Positions 45,965 through 57,565 of a stretch of DNA of 64,000 nucleotides are shown here, piece after piece (the stretch's first letter is position 1; each line of letters opens with the position of its first letter). Made by a program: the position numbers and the translations under genes. The stretch spans positions 1-64,000 of the IMG/VR virus record IMGVR_UViG_3300026097_001055; one strand, 5' to 3'. Source of the stretch: a virus. The notes under the pieces are model-generated. The model did no database searches, had not been told where the DNA came from, and saw only the letters and a program-made list of their open reading frames with translations.

Positions 45965-48900
45965 ATGGCTAAAAAAAATAATCAAAATATAACAAGTGCT
46001 AACACAAACACCTTTATTAAAGGTCTTAATAAAGATTCTAATACAACTTTTGTACAAGAAGGTATGTGGGTTCATGCACGTAATGCAGTTAACAATACTA
46101 TTGAAGGAGATTTAGGAACTATATCTAATGAAGCTTCAAATACATTATGTGTTAGTGTATTACAAAATGCACCAGTATCTCCTTCTGCTATAAAAAAAAT
46201 TATTGGTGTTATACATTTGTTTGCAGATAAATGGGTTATTTTTAGTTCAGTAAATGATCAAGTTAATACTTCATTTTCTTTATATTCTGAAATAGGGTTA
46301 TTTGAAGAAGATGAATGTACATATAGAGTAATTGTTGAACAAGATAGATGTTTAGGTTTTAGCATGTATCATTTAATAACAGGTGCTTCTAGATTACAAG
46401 AAGATTGTTCATGGGGTGTTTACTTTTCAGATGGTAATAATCCGGATAGATACATTAACATAGGTGATCCTAAAGATTGGCCGACAGATTCTTATAATGG
46501 AAATAACTATTACGGAGCAGATAATATATTATGGCCAGGTATAGAATGGGAAGAAGATTGTGTTATTAACCAAGATGACTTAGAATGTCCTGACCCTAAT
46601 CAAGGATGTAAAGAATGTACACAACAAAATACATTAGATTGTGATAAAATTAGATTAGCTAGAGTATTTAAAACACCTTGCCTAAAACTTTCTGTTGCTG
46701 AAGAAGGTGGACAGTTAGCTAATGGTACTTATTTTGTTGTAGCTGCTTATAGTATCAAACAACAAAAAGTTACAGACTGGTTTAGTCCAAGTAATATTCA
46801 ACCATTAGCTTATGAAGAACAACCTAATGGAGCACTGAAAATAGAAGTAGATGCTGAACAAGATGCTTTTGATGAGTTTGTTTTAACTTTAGTTTCTGTA
46901 ATTAATCAACAAACTACAGCATATGAAATAGGATATTATAATACTAATACATCAACTATTATAATAGACATATTAGATCCTAGGTTAAAAGCAATACCAC
47001 TTAGAGAGTTACCTTTACAAAATCCGGTTTATGAAAAATCAGATCAAATTCTTGAAGTAAATAACTATTTATTAAGAGTAGGACCTACCTCTAAGTTTGA
47101 TTTTAACTATCAGCCTTTAGCTAATCTTATAGAAGCTAATTGGGTATCTGTAGAATATGATGCTGACTATTATGTTAAGCAAGGATATAAACCTTCTTAC
47201 ATGAGAGATGAAGTGTATTCTTTCTTTATAAGATGGGTATATGATACTGGTGACAAATCATCATCTTATCACATTCCCGGTAGATCTCCTGAAACAATTA
47301 CAATTCCTTGTACAGAAACTACACAATTAGAATGTGAAACTATAGAACCTAATCATAATGTTATAGTAACTGGAGAAAAAGTATTTGAGGTATTTAATAC
47401 AGCTACTATAACAGATCCTACAGTTAGTACATTAGAAGATGGTGGTAAAGTAATTGCTAAAGGTAAAATGGGCTATTGGGAATCTAGTGAAATATATCCT
47501 TCTGATAAAAAAGAAATATGGAATTCAGCTTCTTATTGTTGGACAGGAACAACAGATCCTAAATATAATCTTTGTGGTAAATACATAAGACATCATAAGT
47601 TTCCTGAGCAAGGTACAGGACCGCAAGTACATCATTATTTTAATGATAATAATGATATGAAAATAAGATTGTTAGGAGTACAATTTGATAATATCATCTT
47701 ACCTAAAGATAATGATGGTAATGATATTCCGGGTATTGTGGGTTATGAAATATTAAGAGGTTCTAGAGCTGGTAACAAATCTATTATTGCTAAAGGTATG
47801 CTTAATAATATGAGACCTTACAATAATATACAGTCTTCTAATACAGGAGTAGAACAAAAAAGTTTATATCCTAATTATCCTTTTAATACAATAATTCCTA
47901 AAAATCCTACTAATGGTACAGCTGAAGGAACACTTAATCCTTCAGGGCAAGCTAATGATCCTTATATTATTAATGTAGAACTAGAAAACTCAGGTGGTGT
48001 TTTTAACCCTCTTAAATTAAAAGAAAGAAATGTTGAATTAACAGACATTCCTAAAAACATTGTCAGTTTTCATTCTCCTGATACAAACTTTATAACACCT
48101 AGAATAGCTACAGGAGAATTAAAAACTTATGGTTATTTACTTGGTCAATGCTCTCAGAATTTTGTTGAGCCTGATAAACATCCTAAACATAAGCTTTTAA
48201 ACAACAAAGTATTTTATGCAATGCTTGTAGGGGCTCTTGTTAAAATGATAGTAGATACTAGTGGTAAAGTAACTATTAAAAGACCTAAAGCAGTAGCTGG
48301 AACAGGATTAGGTGGTGACACAGGAAATGCTGCAACGGTAGCAGCTTCTAGTATTTTTACACCTGCATATACAGCAGCTAAAACTGCTTATAATCAAGCA
48401 CAAGAAAACTTTTTAAATAAACTAGCTCCTGGAGACCCGTCAGCCGTTGCAGCTTTAAATAATTTATTGGGTGTAATAAATACAGCATCTCTTTCTGGTG
48501 TTACCACAGCTACTACAAATAATGATGAGATAACTACAGAAGGAGGTTTGAAAAATATATTCCCTGGATTATCTAATATAGCTATTCAAACAGCTGCTGT
48601 TATAAACACCTATACTTTAAGCTGGACTCAAGGTGCTGGTGATGCTATTCAAATACTTAGAACTCTTACACCTTATAGACAATATGCATTACAGATGCAA
48701 GCTCATGGTTTTTATGATGAATTTAAACCTATAGATTGTTCTAAAAGAACAAGATTTACAATTGACTCAGCTTTATATTTAAAAAAGAATTCTAAACAAC
48801 AACTTAAAAAAGATGCTGATGATGTAACATATGTAGTGAATAATTTACTACGTCAAAGAACAGTTGTTATAAATACAAGAAGCACAACTAGTGATGCGGA

Positions 48901-51277
48901 TGGTCCTGATTTTATACATGACTTAAATCCAGCTGATGCAGATAAGTCTTTAATTACAGTAGGTACTAGTGGTGCTGATGTAGACATATGGAAAACATTA
49001 AGTTCAGGTCAACCTTTTGAATTAAACAATACTATATCAAGTCATTATGCTGCAGTAAAGCTTAGAAATAGAAATCAATATGGACAAGTAGAAGGAGTAG
49101 ATCAGGTTCCTGTAACAGAATGTGAAGAAATTATTGACACTACTTTGTTAGATGAAGTAATTGTAGATTGTGATGGTGTAGATAAGATTCAAAAAATAAT
49201 TACATCTAGTAATATATATTTTGGAGGAGATGTTTACATTAACAGATATACTGAAAAAAACAACATGTTATTTTTTAATAACTGGATGTATGATTTACCT
49301 GATGGTACTGAATATAATTATTTCTTATCACAACTAGTCCCTCAAGTTAGATTTTGGGCAAACACTAATCAATATGACGTAGGGGCCTTTACAGAAAATC
49401 TTTCTCCTCTTCCTCTTTCTAACATTATTAACTTTTTTAATCCTACTACGGCCAATAATTTAACAGGTCAGGGAGCATTACCTAGAAGTTTTTATAAATT
49501 AGATACTAAAAAATATGATTATAGTAATGGTGCATTTGGTGCATTTAATCCAGGTGGTTATCCAGGTTTATTTGCTACTAAAGAATCATTCTTTTATTTA
49601 GGAGTATCTTCTATTAGAGATTTCTTTGTAGAGAGTGAAGTAATGGTAGATCATAGAATAGCTAAAGAGCTACCTTATGAAAAACATTACAATCCTTATG
49701 GTTATAATAATCTAGCTGAATTACTAAATATTAATCCTGATTGGATTACTAGAGGTAATAGTTATTTCTATGATTACTCTTTAAGTATTAGTAAGTTGTT
49801 TACTGAATATTTTTCACAAGGTGTAAGTCAAAACAGATTCTATGACCCTAGTATTGCCAGCCAGTGTTACACTTATCTTCCAGACAGAATAGTATATTCC
49901 CTACCTCAAGTTCAAGAATCAGTCAAAGATTCATGGTTTACTTATCTTGCAAATAACTATAAAAGTTTTCAAGATGAAATATCAGGAGTTAAAAACTTTG
50001 CCAAAACTGGTATATTTGTAGCATTTAAAAATGCATCTCCTTTAATCCTTCAAGGTGTAGATGAGTTACAGACAGAGGGTGGTATAAAAATAACTATAGG
50101 TGATGGTGGTTTATTTGCAAGACAACCTCAAAATGTAACTAATGCTGATAGACCTTATGAGTATGGTTCTTGTCAGAATAGATTGTCTATTATATCTACA
50201 CCAGCTGGAATGTTTTATGCTTCTCAAAATCAAGGTAAGTTGTTTACTTATGGGAAAGGTATACAAGAAATATCCAGTAAAGGAATGAAATGGTGGTTTG
50301 CTAGATTTTTACCTTATAAATTATTAGAAGATTTTCCTGATTATCCTCATACTGATAATCCTGTTGCTGGTATAGGTATACATACATCTTACAATAGTTA
50401 TAATACGGTTTTGTATTTTTCTAAAAGAGATTTTAAACTTAGAGATGAATATAAAGGAGAGTTAACTTATAATTCTGATACAGAAACCTTTACTTTAAGA
50501 AGAGGTCAAACAACTCTTACAAATATTATTTTAGGTGATCCTTCTTATTTTGAAGATGCTTCCTGGACTATATCTTATGATCCAAAAAATCAATTCTGGA
50601 TAAGTTTCCATGATTGGCATCCTAATTTATTTTTACCCTCTAGAAACTTTTTCTTTACGTCTAAAGAAGATAGTATATGGAAACATTCTCAAGGATGTGA
50701 CAGTTACTGTAACTTCTATGGTGTAGATTATCCATTTGAAGTAGAGTTACCTATAGCTACAGGACAACAAGTAAATACTATCAGGTCTATGGAATACATA
50801 TTAGAATGTTACAGAAGATCTGAATTAAATTGTATAGATGAATTTCATGTACTAGACTTTAACTTTGATAAAGCTATAGTATACAACACAGAACAAACTT
50901 CAGGTATATTAGAGTTAATACCTTACCCTAAGAATAATCCTTTTGCTGCACAAACTTATCCTCTTCTGGCTACTGGTCCAGACAGATATCAAATACTTTT
51001 TTCTAAAGAAGAAAACAAATATAGATTTAATCAATTCTGGGATATAACTGAAGACAGAGGAGAGTTTACAGCTGCTGAAGAAAACATATGGTTTACACAG
51101 GCTAACGGATATATTAAAGAATTAAATCCTTTAAACTTAGATTATAACAAACCTGTATTAGAAAGAAAACGTTTTAGACATTACATAAATTTCTTACATT
51201 TGTCTAGAGAAGTTTCAGGTGATACAAACATGTTATTAAAAATAGTAAATACTAAAAAAACTTATTCTCCAAGATAA
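45965..51277 (+). CDS. Tail stabilisation/muzzle protein (P22 gp10-like)
   Basis: 1770 aa; NTFIKGLNKD, YMRDEVYSF, FGGDVYI and WTISYDP...WISFHDW motifs. Confidence 0.8.
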   Translation: MAKKNNQNITSANTNTFIKGLNKDSNTTFVQEGMWVHARNAVNNTIEGDLGTISNEASNTLCVSVLQNAPVSPSAIKKIIGVIHLFADKWVIFSSVNDQVNTSFSLYSEIGLFEEDECTYRVIVEQDRCLGFSMYHLITGASRLQEDCSWGVYFSDGNNPDRYINIGDPKDWPTDSYNGNNYYGADNILWPGIEWEEDCVINQDDLECPDPNQGCKECTQQNTLDCDKIRLARVFKTPCLKLSVAEEGGQLANGTYFVVAAYSIKQQKVTDWFSPSNIQPLAYEEQPNGALKIEVDAEQDAFDEFVLTLVSVINQQTTAYEIGYYNTNTSTIIIDILDPRLKAIPLRELPLQNPVYEKSDQILEVNNYLLRVGPTSKFDFNYQPLANLIEANWVSVEYDADYYVKQGYKPSYMRDEVYSFFIRWVYDTGDKSSSYHIPGRSPETITIPCTETTQLECETIEPNHNVIVTGEKVFEVFNTATITDPTVSTLEDGGKVIAKGKMGYWESSEIYPSDKKEIWNSASYCWTGTTDPKYNLCGKYIRHHKFPEQGTGPQVHHYFNDNNDMKIRLLGVQFDNIILPKDNDGNDIPGIVGYEILRGSRAGNKSIIAKGMLNNMRPYNNIQSSNTGVEQKSLYPNYPFNTIIPKNPTNGTAEGTLNPSGQANDPYIINVELENSGGVFNPLKLKERNVELTDIPKNIVSFHSPDTNFITPRIATGELKTYGYLLGQCSQNFVEPDKHPKHKLLNNKVFYAMLVGALVKMIVDTSGKVTIKRPKAVAGTGLGGDTGNAATVAASSIFTPAYTAAKTAYNQAQENFLNKLAPGDPSAVAALNNLLGVINTASLSGVTTATTNNDEITTEGGLKNIFPGLSNIAIQTAAVINTYTLSWTQGAGDAIQILRTLTPYRQYALQMQAHGFYDEFKPIDCSKRTRFTIDSALYLKKNSKQQLKKDADDVTYVVNNLLRQRTVVINTRSTTSDADGPDFIHDLNPADADKSLITVGTSGADVDIWKTLSSGQPFELNNTISSHYAAVKLRNRNQYGQVEGVDQVPVTECEEIIDTTLLDEVIVDCDGVDKIQKIITSSNIYFGGDVYINRYTEKNNMLFFNNWMYDLPDGTEYNYFLSQLVPQVRFWANTNQYDVGAFTENLSPLPLSNIINFFNPTTANNLTGQGALPRSFYKLDTKKYDYSNGAFGAFNPGGYPGLFATKESFFYLGVSSIRDFFVESEVMVDHRIAKELPYEKHYNPYGYNNLAELLNINPDWITRGNSYFYDYSLSISKLFTEYFSQGVSQNRFYDPSIASQCYTYLPDRIVYSLPQVQESVKDSWFTYLANNYKSFQDEISGVKNFAKTGIFVAFKNASPLILQGVDELQTEGGIKITIGDGGLFARQPQNVTNADRPYEYGSCQNRLSIISTPAGMFYASQNQGKLFTYGKGIQEISSKGMKWWFARFLPYKLLEDFPDYPHTDNPVAGIGIHTSYNSYNTVLYFSKRDFKLRDEYKGELTYNSDTETFTLRRGQTTLTNIILGDPSYFEDASWTISYDPKNQFWISFHDWHPNLFLPSRNFFFTSKEDSIWKHSQGCDSYCNFYGVDYPFEVELPIATGQQVNTIRSMEYILECYRRSELNCIDEFHVLDFNFDKAIVYNTEQTSGILELIPYPKNNPFAAQTYPLLATGPDRYQILFSKEENKYRFNQFWDITEDRGEFTAAEENIWFTQANGYIKELNPLNLDYNKPVLERKRFRHYINFLHLSREVSGDTNMLLKIVNTKKTYSPR

Positions 51278-54200
51278 TGTATAATAAGAAAGCTATATCA
51301 GATGCATTAGCTAAGCTTAATAAAGCTAAAGCACCAAAACAGGAACCGGATATTATTTATTCTGAAAGAGGTCAGTGGGATCATCCTGGTGAAGTAACTA
51401 GAGTACCAAGTTCTAATATAACTATGCAAGGAGTAGATACTCCACTATTAGGTATAGATAATTTAGGTAATCAACAAATGATGTACCCAGGAGCTGAATA
51501 TAATTTCCCCGGTGCTGATTATGTAGATGAATATCCTATAGCTAAATACGGTGGTCTTGTAACAGGATTAACTAATACAAAGGGTAACCTTCTGATGAAC
51601 AAGAAGGGAAAAAGAATGATGGCTAAATCAGGTAGCTTATCTGCTACTAATGAGTTATTTTTAGGTAACCCTCTTGTTAGTAAAAGAAAAAAATCAGTAT
51701 TTGTTCCTGGTCATGATTTTCAAAAAGGTGGTGATTCACAAAAAATTAATAAATTAAAACAAGAATTTGCTGACAGTCTTTATAATCAATTTAATAACCC
51801 TAGTACAAGAAGTAGAAGATTAAGAAAAAAAGTAACTCCTAAAGATCCTTTATATAAATCTTTATGGAACCTTTCTAATAGGGATGGGTATGAAAGAGAG
51901 GTTATGGAAAATTATCAACCTTCTGAAATATATTATGATCCTCTTAATACAGACTTTACTTTTCCAGTATTTAAAGATAGATATGAAATACCAAAACCTG
52001 TAATTTCAAACAAAGTAGACAGGCTACCTGCTAAAAGTATAGAAACACCTGAAATATCAAAAGAAATAATACCTTCTGAAAGAGCAACCATGGATTTAAA
52101 AACTTATACAGATCCTTGGTCAGGTAAACAAGAAGTAATGAATAGATCTCAACATCTCCAAAGACAAAGAGCTCATTATAAAGGAGAAGAGAAACCTGAA
52201 GTTTTTGAAAGAGGTTTTGAAGATAGAATATCAGGAAGACAAGCTTTACCTGAACAAATTATAAATTATAAACAATCAAGACCTCAAGAATATCCAGAGT
52301 TTAATAAAAACTTGTCTAAAATGATAGGTGTTATAGGTATGCCGAAAAAATCTATTAACTCTAACTTAAGCTTAAATGATTTTCAAGAAGGAGGTGTTAT
52401 AGAATTAGAGCTAACTCCAGAAGAAATAGAACAATATAAAAAAGAAGGTTATGTAGTTGAAGAATATCAAGATGGTGGAAAAATAATTTCAGAACATGGA
52501 TGGGATTATAAAAAAGAAAATGATGAGTATTTTACTAGAAAAACAGGATCTGATAAATGGATTTCTCCTAAAGGAGAAGCTCTTAAAGCTATACAACAAA
52601 AAATATTTAATGATGTAGATTATACAGAGTCAGATAAAAAAAGTGATTATATAAATAATGTGCAACAGCTTATAAGTAATGGTTATACATTAGAAGATTT
52701 AGTTAAACAAAGAGTAGGTACTAAACAAGGATTACTTGAATTGTTTCCACAACTTGCCGATGGTAGCACAACACCTGTAGAAAAATCACCAGTAACTCCA
52801 AAAAAAGACGTTAATGTAGTAAAAGAAAAACCTATTCTTGATACAAGACCTTCAATGCTAAACTTAGGTCTAGCAGATTATAATAGACCTAAAATGTTTA
52901 ATACTAATATTGATGAAATAAAAGCTAGAGCTAAAGCAGATGCTATTGTTAATGTAGAAAAGGAAAATGCTATTTTAAAAAGACCTACAAAAATGCCTTA
53001 TATGCCTTCATGGCAAGATTATGCTGCTAGGATTAATCAAGGTTTAACTAAACCAGAATATACAGAAGCTGAACTTACAGATGAGGAGATAGCAGAACTA
53101 CAAGCTCAAGGTCATATAGTAGAAGAGGTAACTGAACCTGAACCTTGGTTAAACAGTTTACAAAATAATGTAAGTCAACAAAGCATCTATAATACAGATA
53201 ATGTTACTTTAGATCCTTTTGGAAGAAAACCTAAGTATGGACCTACTGAAGAACAAATGTTAAAGCTACAAGAGTTTATGAAGACTCCTGAAGAAAAAGG
53301 TTTAAAATCATGGGAGCCTCAAACTATAAGATTAAAATCTTGGGATGAAACTGAACTAGGCCATGCTACAAATGAATTATCTAAGATTTTTGAAAAAGCA
53401 GAAGAGGTTTTAGCAGGTATCAGTACAGAAGGTTTGGGTAACGTGATAGAACAAATTCAACAGGGAAGTAGTGATCCTGAATCATTAGGAGAGGTGAAAG
53501 TATTAAAAGAAGAAGAACCTGTAAAGGAGACAGAACCTGTGTACAACATACAAGATTTAGATCCTTTTAAATTTGTAGGTGAAAGAAATGGAGAAATTAT
53601 TCAAACGTATACTATACCTTTAATTAACGAACCTAATACATCAGTTATGTATAGAAACAGAGGTGATGAATCAGATATAATGGGTAAAAAACTAGCTTAT
53701 ACTTATGCACCTTTTAAACCTTATAAAGAAACATTAAATAAAAAATATGGAAGTTTAAGTGCTAACGATAACTCTTATGTAATAGCTCTTACAGCTGATG
53801 GGATTAAAGGAGGTAAGCTAAAAGATTTTAAAGATACAGATACTCCGTTATCACCTACTTATGTTACCAAAAATGTAACTGAGCTTGTAATTGAACCTGA
53901 TAATAAATATTTTGACGGAATTAAACAAAAAGGATTAGGTTTAAGAACATCAAAAGATACTGTTAAATATATACCTGTAGGTACTTCAGATAGTCAAAGT
54001 GGAAGTTTCAAAAATTGGAGTGGTGGACATTTATTAGTAGAAAACCCAAAAACTAAAGTTATGGTTGTACTTCATGGTAGATCTGATCAATTAAAAGAAA
54101 TGTTTAATAAGTATTTAGAAACTGAAGGTATTGAATCTGCAAACATTTATGAAACTGATCATAAAGCATATTCTTTAATAACTAATCCAAAAGATGGAAT

Positions 54201-54294
54201 ACATAAAGGAATTAAAAATAGACAACTAGACAATTATAATACAGAAAGATCAGGAGCCGGTAACTTTATTTACTTACAGGAAATCAATGAATAA
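51277..54294 (+). CDS. Large putative virion cargo protein
   Basis: GQWDHPG...ITMQGV N-terminal module, xQxGG motifs and ELTxEEI repeats. Confidence 0.65.
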   Translation: MYNKKAISDALAKLNKAKAPKQEPDIIYSERGQWDHPGEVTRVPSSNITMQGVDTPLLGIDNLGNQQMMYPGAEYNFPGADYVDEYPIAKYGGLVTGLTNTKGNLLMNKKGKRMMAKSGSLSATNELFLGNPLVSKRKKSVFVPGHDFQKGGDSQKINKLKQEFADSLYNQFNNPSTRSRRLRKKVTPKDPLYKSLWNLSNRDGYEREVMENYQPSEIYYDPLNTDFTFPVFKDRYEIPKPVISNKVDRLPAKSIETPEISKEIIPSERATMDLKTYTDPWSGKQEVMNRSQHLQRQRAHYKGEEKPEVFERGFEDRISGRQALPEQIINYKQSRPQEYPEFNKNLSKMIGVIGMPKKSINSNLSLNDFQEGGVIELELTPEEIEQYKKEGYVVEEYQDGGKIISEHGWDYKKENDEYFTRKTGSDKWISPKGEALKAIQQKIFNDVDYTESDKKSDYINNVQQLISNGYTLEDLVKQRVGTKQGLLELFPQLADGSTTPVEKSPVTPKKDVNVVKEKPILDTRPSMLNLGLADYNRPKMFNTNIDEIKARAKADAIVNVEKENAILKRPTKMPYMPSWQDYAARINQGLTKPEYTEAELTDEEIAELQAQGHIVEEVTEPEPWLNSLQNNVSQQSIYNTDNVTLDPFGRKPKYGPTEEQMLKLQEFMKTPEEKGLKSWEPQTIRLKSWDETELGHATNELSKIFEKAEEVLAGISTEGLGNVIEQIQQGSSDPESLGEVKVLKEEEPVKETEPVYNIQDLDPFKFVGERNGEIIQTYTIPLINEPNTSVMYRNRGDESDIMGKKLAYTYAPFKPYKETLNKKYGSLSANDNSYVIALTADGIKGGKLKDFKDTDTPLSPTYVTKNVTELVIEPDNKYFDGIKQKGLGLRTSKDTVKYIPVGTSDSQSGSFKNWSGGHLLVENPKTKVMVVLHGRSDQLKEMFNKYLETEGIESANIYETDHKAYSLITNPKDGIHKGIKNRQLDNYNTERSGAGNFIYLQEINE

Positions 54295-54308
54295 ACTTTT
54301 AAAGTTTA
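54292..54308. promoter_or_regulatory. Palindromic operator-like site
   Basis: TAAACTTT-T-AAAGTTTA; related copy at 60862-60878 with the same 20-nt spacing to TA(T/C)ATTTA. Confidence 0.5.
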
Positions 54309-54352
54309 ATTGTTATAAATAAATTTAGTATATTTAATTAAAGACTATAAGC

Positions 54353-57300
54353 ATGTCACAAAAGAAAAGAGTTAGAATATATAAAGCTGGAGGTCAGCAA
54401 GGAGCTTATATAAATCCAACAGCTAAATGGATGATGCAGATGGGTGGAGCACCTCAAGAAATGATGGATACTCAGATGCAAGAAATTCAATCTATGCAGC
54501 AACCTGGAATGATGGATCCTAATATACAACAACCACAAGACATTGATTCTCAACAGTTAATGCAAGTTGTTATGGATCAAAGGGAACAGGGTGCAGAATT
54601 TAAAGAAATTATAAACATGCTTATAGATACTGTACCTGGAATAGATAATCAATTACTTATGCAAGTTGTTCAGGAGGTACAGATGATGGAACAACAACAA
54701 GGATTAGGTGAACAACCTCCTATTGAAGACCAAGAACTTGATGAAAAAGAATTGTTAAGAAAAGGAGGTTATGTAGCAGAAAAATATAATGAAAGCGGAT
54801 CAATTACTGATCCACCTCCCGGAATTTTAGGAGAAGTTAATTCTGAAGGATACTTTCCTTACAGCCCTCCAGGATATAATTTAAGAAAAGGAGTTTCTTA
54901 TCAAGAAGATCCTGAAAATTGGGAATTTTGGAAAAAAAATAACAAAGTTTATAGAAAAGATTTAAGTTCTGGTAATTATACTAAATTGCGCCCTCCTACA
55001 AAAGATGATTTAAAGTTTTTAGAAGATTTTTCTATATGGGCTAATAGTAAAGAAAGAGATTCTGATAAAGTTCAACAAAGATATGATAAAGAAGTAAGGC
55101 CTCTTCTTAAATCTTTAGATAGACCTATAAAACCTGTTAATAATCCAAAAGATGCAGATATAGAGAAAATGGTTTCTGATGGTACGTTTTGTGATGATTG
55201 TAGTTATCGCTATTCTGCATATGACATGTATGATTTTGAAAAAATGCCTGTGCCAGAAGATTATCCAGAAGATAAAAAATCTAAACCTGGATATAGGTAT
55301 CATCGAGAGTGGAATCCGTTTACTCATCAATATGAAGCTATGAGTCCTACACAGCACAGAATGTTAGAACGAGAAGCTCTTAAAATTCAAAATCAAGGAA
55401 TAACACCCACAGCTGATAATATGCCTGTTATTGAAAACCGAGAGTTGTTAGATGCAGTAACTAGAAAAAATGTAGGAATTAGACCTTGGTCAGGTTCAAT
55501 TGGTTTTGGACGAGAAGAGGAAGATATCATAAATGAAGAAAATAAAAAATCTAGTAAGTTTCAAAATCACCAAGAGTTGTTAAATGAAATAAATAAAGAA
55601 TCTAATAAGCCGTTTGGAAAATTAAAAAAAGGAGGTAATCCTAAGCAACTTCGTAAAAAGTTTGTTAAAGAATATGTTAAAGGAGGTATTGCTCAAAATG
55701 CTAAAGCTTCAGAAGTTGCTAGAGATTCAGCTTTTAGTCTTTTAGATTTTGTTGGTAGAACTAATAAAGAAAGTCTACTTAAAACTAAAGCAGAAAAATT
55801 AGCCGAGTCAATATTTCCTGAGCAAAGCATGCCTGCTATGTATAGAGGTGGCATACGTAAAGCTCAACCAGGGCTTAATGTGCATTCTGATAAAGATGCA
55901 AATGAAGCAGCTGAAGAAACTTATACTAAAGCTCAAATGGAAGCTTATGTTAAAGATCAAATAGAGAATAGTCAAAAAGCATATCAAGAACAATTTCAAA
56001 AACAATTTCAAGGTTATCCTAGAGGGTATGGTTACGGCTATGGTGTTCCTGGTGGGTATGGATATCCTTATGGTCCAGGCATGCCTTCACCTAGCAGCGG
56101 ATTTCATGATGTAGGAGGTAAAGGTTATCCTTTGTTTTATAATGCAGGTCCTGGTATGGGATATGCAGGTGTAAGATATCCTCAACTAGGTAATCTTATG
56201 AACATGTTTTCAAAAGATCCAGATAAAGTAACTTATAGTAGTAACTTATCTGCAGAAGAATTGAAAAATGTTTTAGGTGATGATTTTCAAGGATATGATA
56301 GAGAAGTTCTTGATTATGATAAAAGATTTTTACGGAAACCTTTTGAAAAACATGTTAGATACACAATCAATAGAGGAAAAGGTAAAGCGGATGCAACTAA
56401 AGATGAAAAGTTTTGGGAAGATCATTATATAGATCCTACAACAGGAAAAATAATTAGTCATTCTAGTTACGGAAATGAAGATGCAACTACAAATAATCTA
56501 CAAGATAATACACAAGATGAAAGAAGTGGTTTTATTAGTAATTTGTTTAACCGAGATAATGAAAGCTCAGACAAAAAAAGATTTAACCCTTTTAATAGAG
56601 TTGATAGAATACTAAGAAGAGCTGAAAGACAAGGTAATAATGACCCTATGTTAAATTATACTTCACCTAATAAATCTATAAAGCCTGATTTAAAACCTAA
56701 TGAATCTTCTTCAAGTGGTTCTCAATATGATTCCAGACAAGAACTGACACCTGATGAAGGTAAAGGAACTTGGGAAGGTAAACAACAATTTATGGAAGGT
56801 TTAATAGGAAGTCAATTACAATTACCTAAAACAAGTAATAATAAAAAAGAAAGTAGCACTGACTTACCTGAAGGTTTTCCTATAGATACTCGTGGTCCCC
56901 GTGAAATGGCTTATGGTGGTGTACCTAAATATTATCCAGGTGGTCCAACACCTTTATATACATCTAACCCTTTAGAAGAAGAAAATCAAGCTATATTAAA
57001 TGCTGGAAAAAGAAACAATTATGGTCAAGTAGAGATTCCTGATTATTCTAAGGCTTATACTTTGCTAACTCAAAAAGATTATTTTTCTCCAGAAAAAAGT
57101 ATAGACAGACAAGCTGAATTATTACCTGGTTATGGTACTGTTAAAATAATGTCTGATAAAGGTACTGATAAAGGTACTGATAAAGGTACTGATAAAGGTA
57201 CTGATACTAAAAATCCGTACATAGATGAAAAAACTGAAGAAGGTCAATCTTATATAGATCCTTCAGCTATATATAATTTTGGTGTGCAGGCATTTACTAA

Positions 57301-57565
57301 TATGGATAGATATAATCAGAAAACACAAAACGATATACTATCTCTAGGTCAAAGTACTAATCAACCTATAGATTTTACAAGAAGTCAAAACCCTTATGGT
57401 CCTACAGGACAGTTATTAGATAACAGATTAATAGATAATCAAGGTATTTTGGCTAAACGTGGAGGAGCTATGGGTAAATATAAAGCAGGTGGTACTTACA
57501 TGTTAGAACAAGATGTTATAAATAAAATTAAAGCCGCTGGCGGTATCATTAAATTTTTAGACTAA
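54353..57565 (+). CDS. Large Gln/Met-rich putative virion cargo protein
   Basis: 1070 aa; low-complexity Q/M and G/Y/P tracts; about 10 GG motifs. Confidence 0.65.
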   Translation: MSQKKRVRIYKAGGQQGAYINPTAKWMMQMGGAPQEMMDTQMQEIQSMQQPGMMDPNIQQPQDIDSQQLMQVVMDQREQGAEFKEIINMLIDTVPGIDNQLLMQVVQEVQMMEQQQGLGEQPPIEDQELDEKELLRKGGYVAEKYNESGSITDPPPGILGEVNSEGYFPYSPPGYNLRKGVSYQEDPENWEFWKKNNKVYRKDLSSGNYTKLRPPTKDDLKFLEDFSIWANSKERDSDKVQQRYDKEVRPLLKSLDRPIKPVNNPKDADIEKMVSDGTFCDDCSYRYSAYDMYDFEKMPVPEDYPEDKKSKPGYRYHREWNPFTHQYEAMSPTQHRMLEREALKIQNQGITPTADNMPVIENRELLDAVTRKNVGIRPWSGSIGFGREEEDIINEENKKSSKFQNHQELLNEINKESNKPFGKLKKGGNPKQLRKKFVKEYVKGGIAQNAKASEVARDSAFSLLDFVGRTNKESLLKTKAEKLAESIFPEQSMPAMYRGGIRKAQPGLNVHSDKDANEAAEETYTKAQMEAYVKDQIENSQKAYQEQFQKQFQGYPRGYGYGYGVPGGYGYPYGPGMPSPSSGFHDVGGKGYPLFYNAGPGMGYAGVRYPQLGNLMNMFSKDPDKVTYSSNLSAEELKNVLGDDFQGYDREVLDYDKRFLRKPFEKHVRYTINRGKGKADATKDEKFWEDHYIDPTTGKIISHSSYGNEDATTNNLQDNTQDERSGFISNLFNRDNESSDKKRFNPFNRVDRILRRAERQGNNDPMLNYTSPNKSIKPDLKPNESSSSGSQYDSRQELTPDEGKGTWEGKQQFMEGLIGSQLQLPKTSNNKKESSTDLPEGFPIDTRGPREMAYGGVPKYYPGGPTPLYTSNPLEEENQAILNAGKRNNYGQVEIPDYSKAYTLLTQKDYFSPEKSIDRQAELLPGYGTVKIMSDKGTDKGTDKGTDKGTDTKNPYIDEKTEEGQSYIDPSAIYNFGVQAFTNMDRYNQKTQNDILSLGQSTNQPIDFTRSQNPYGPTGQLLDNRLIDNQGILAKRGGAMGKYKAGGTYMLEQDVINKIKAAGGIIKFLD
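57153..57206 (+). repeat. 12-bp tandem repeat x4.5 (encodes DKGT)
   Basis: CTGATAAAGGTA x4 plus a partial unit. Confidence 0.95.
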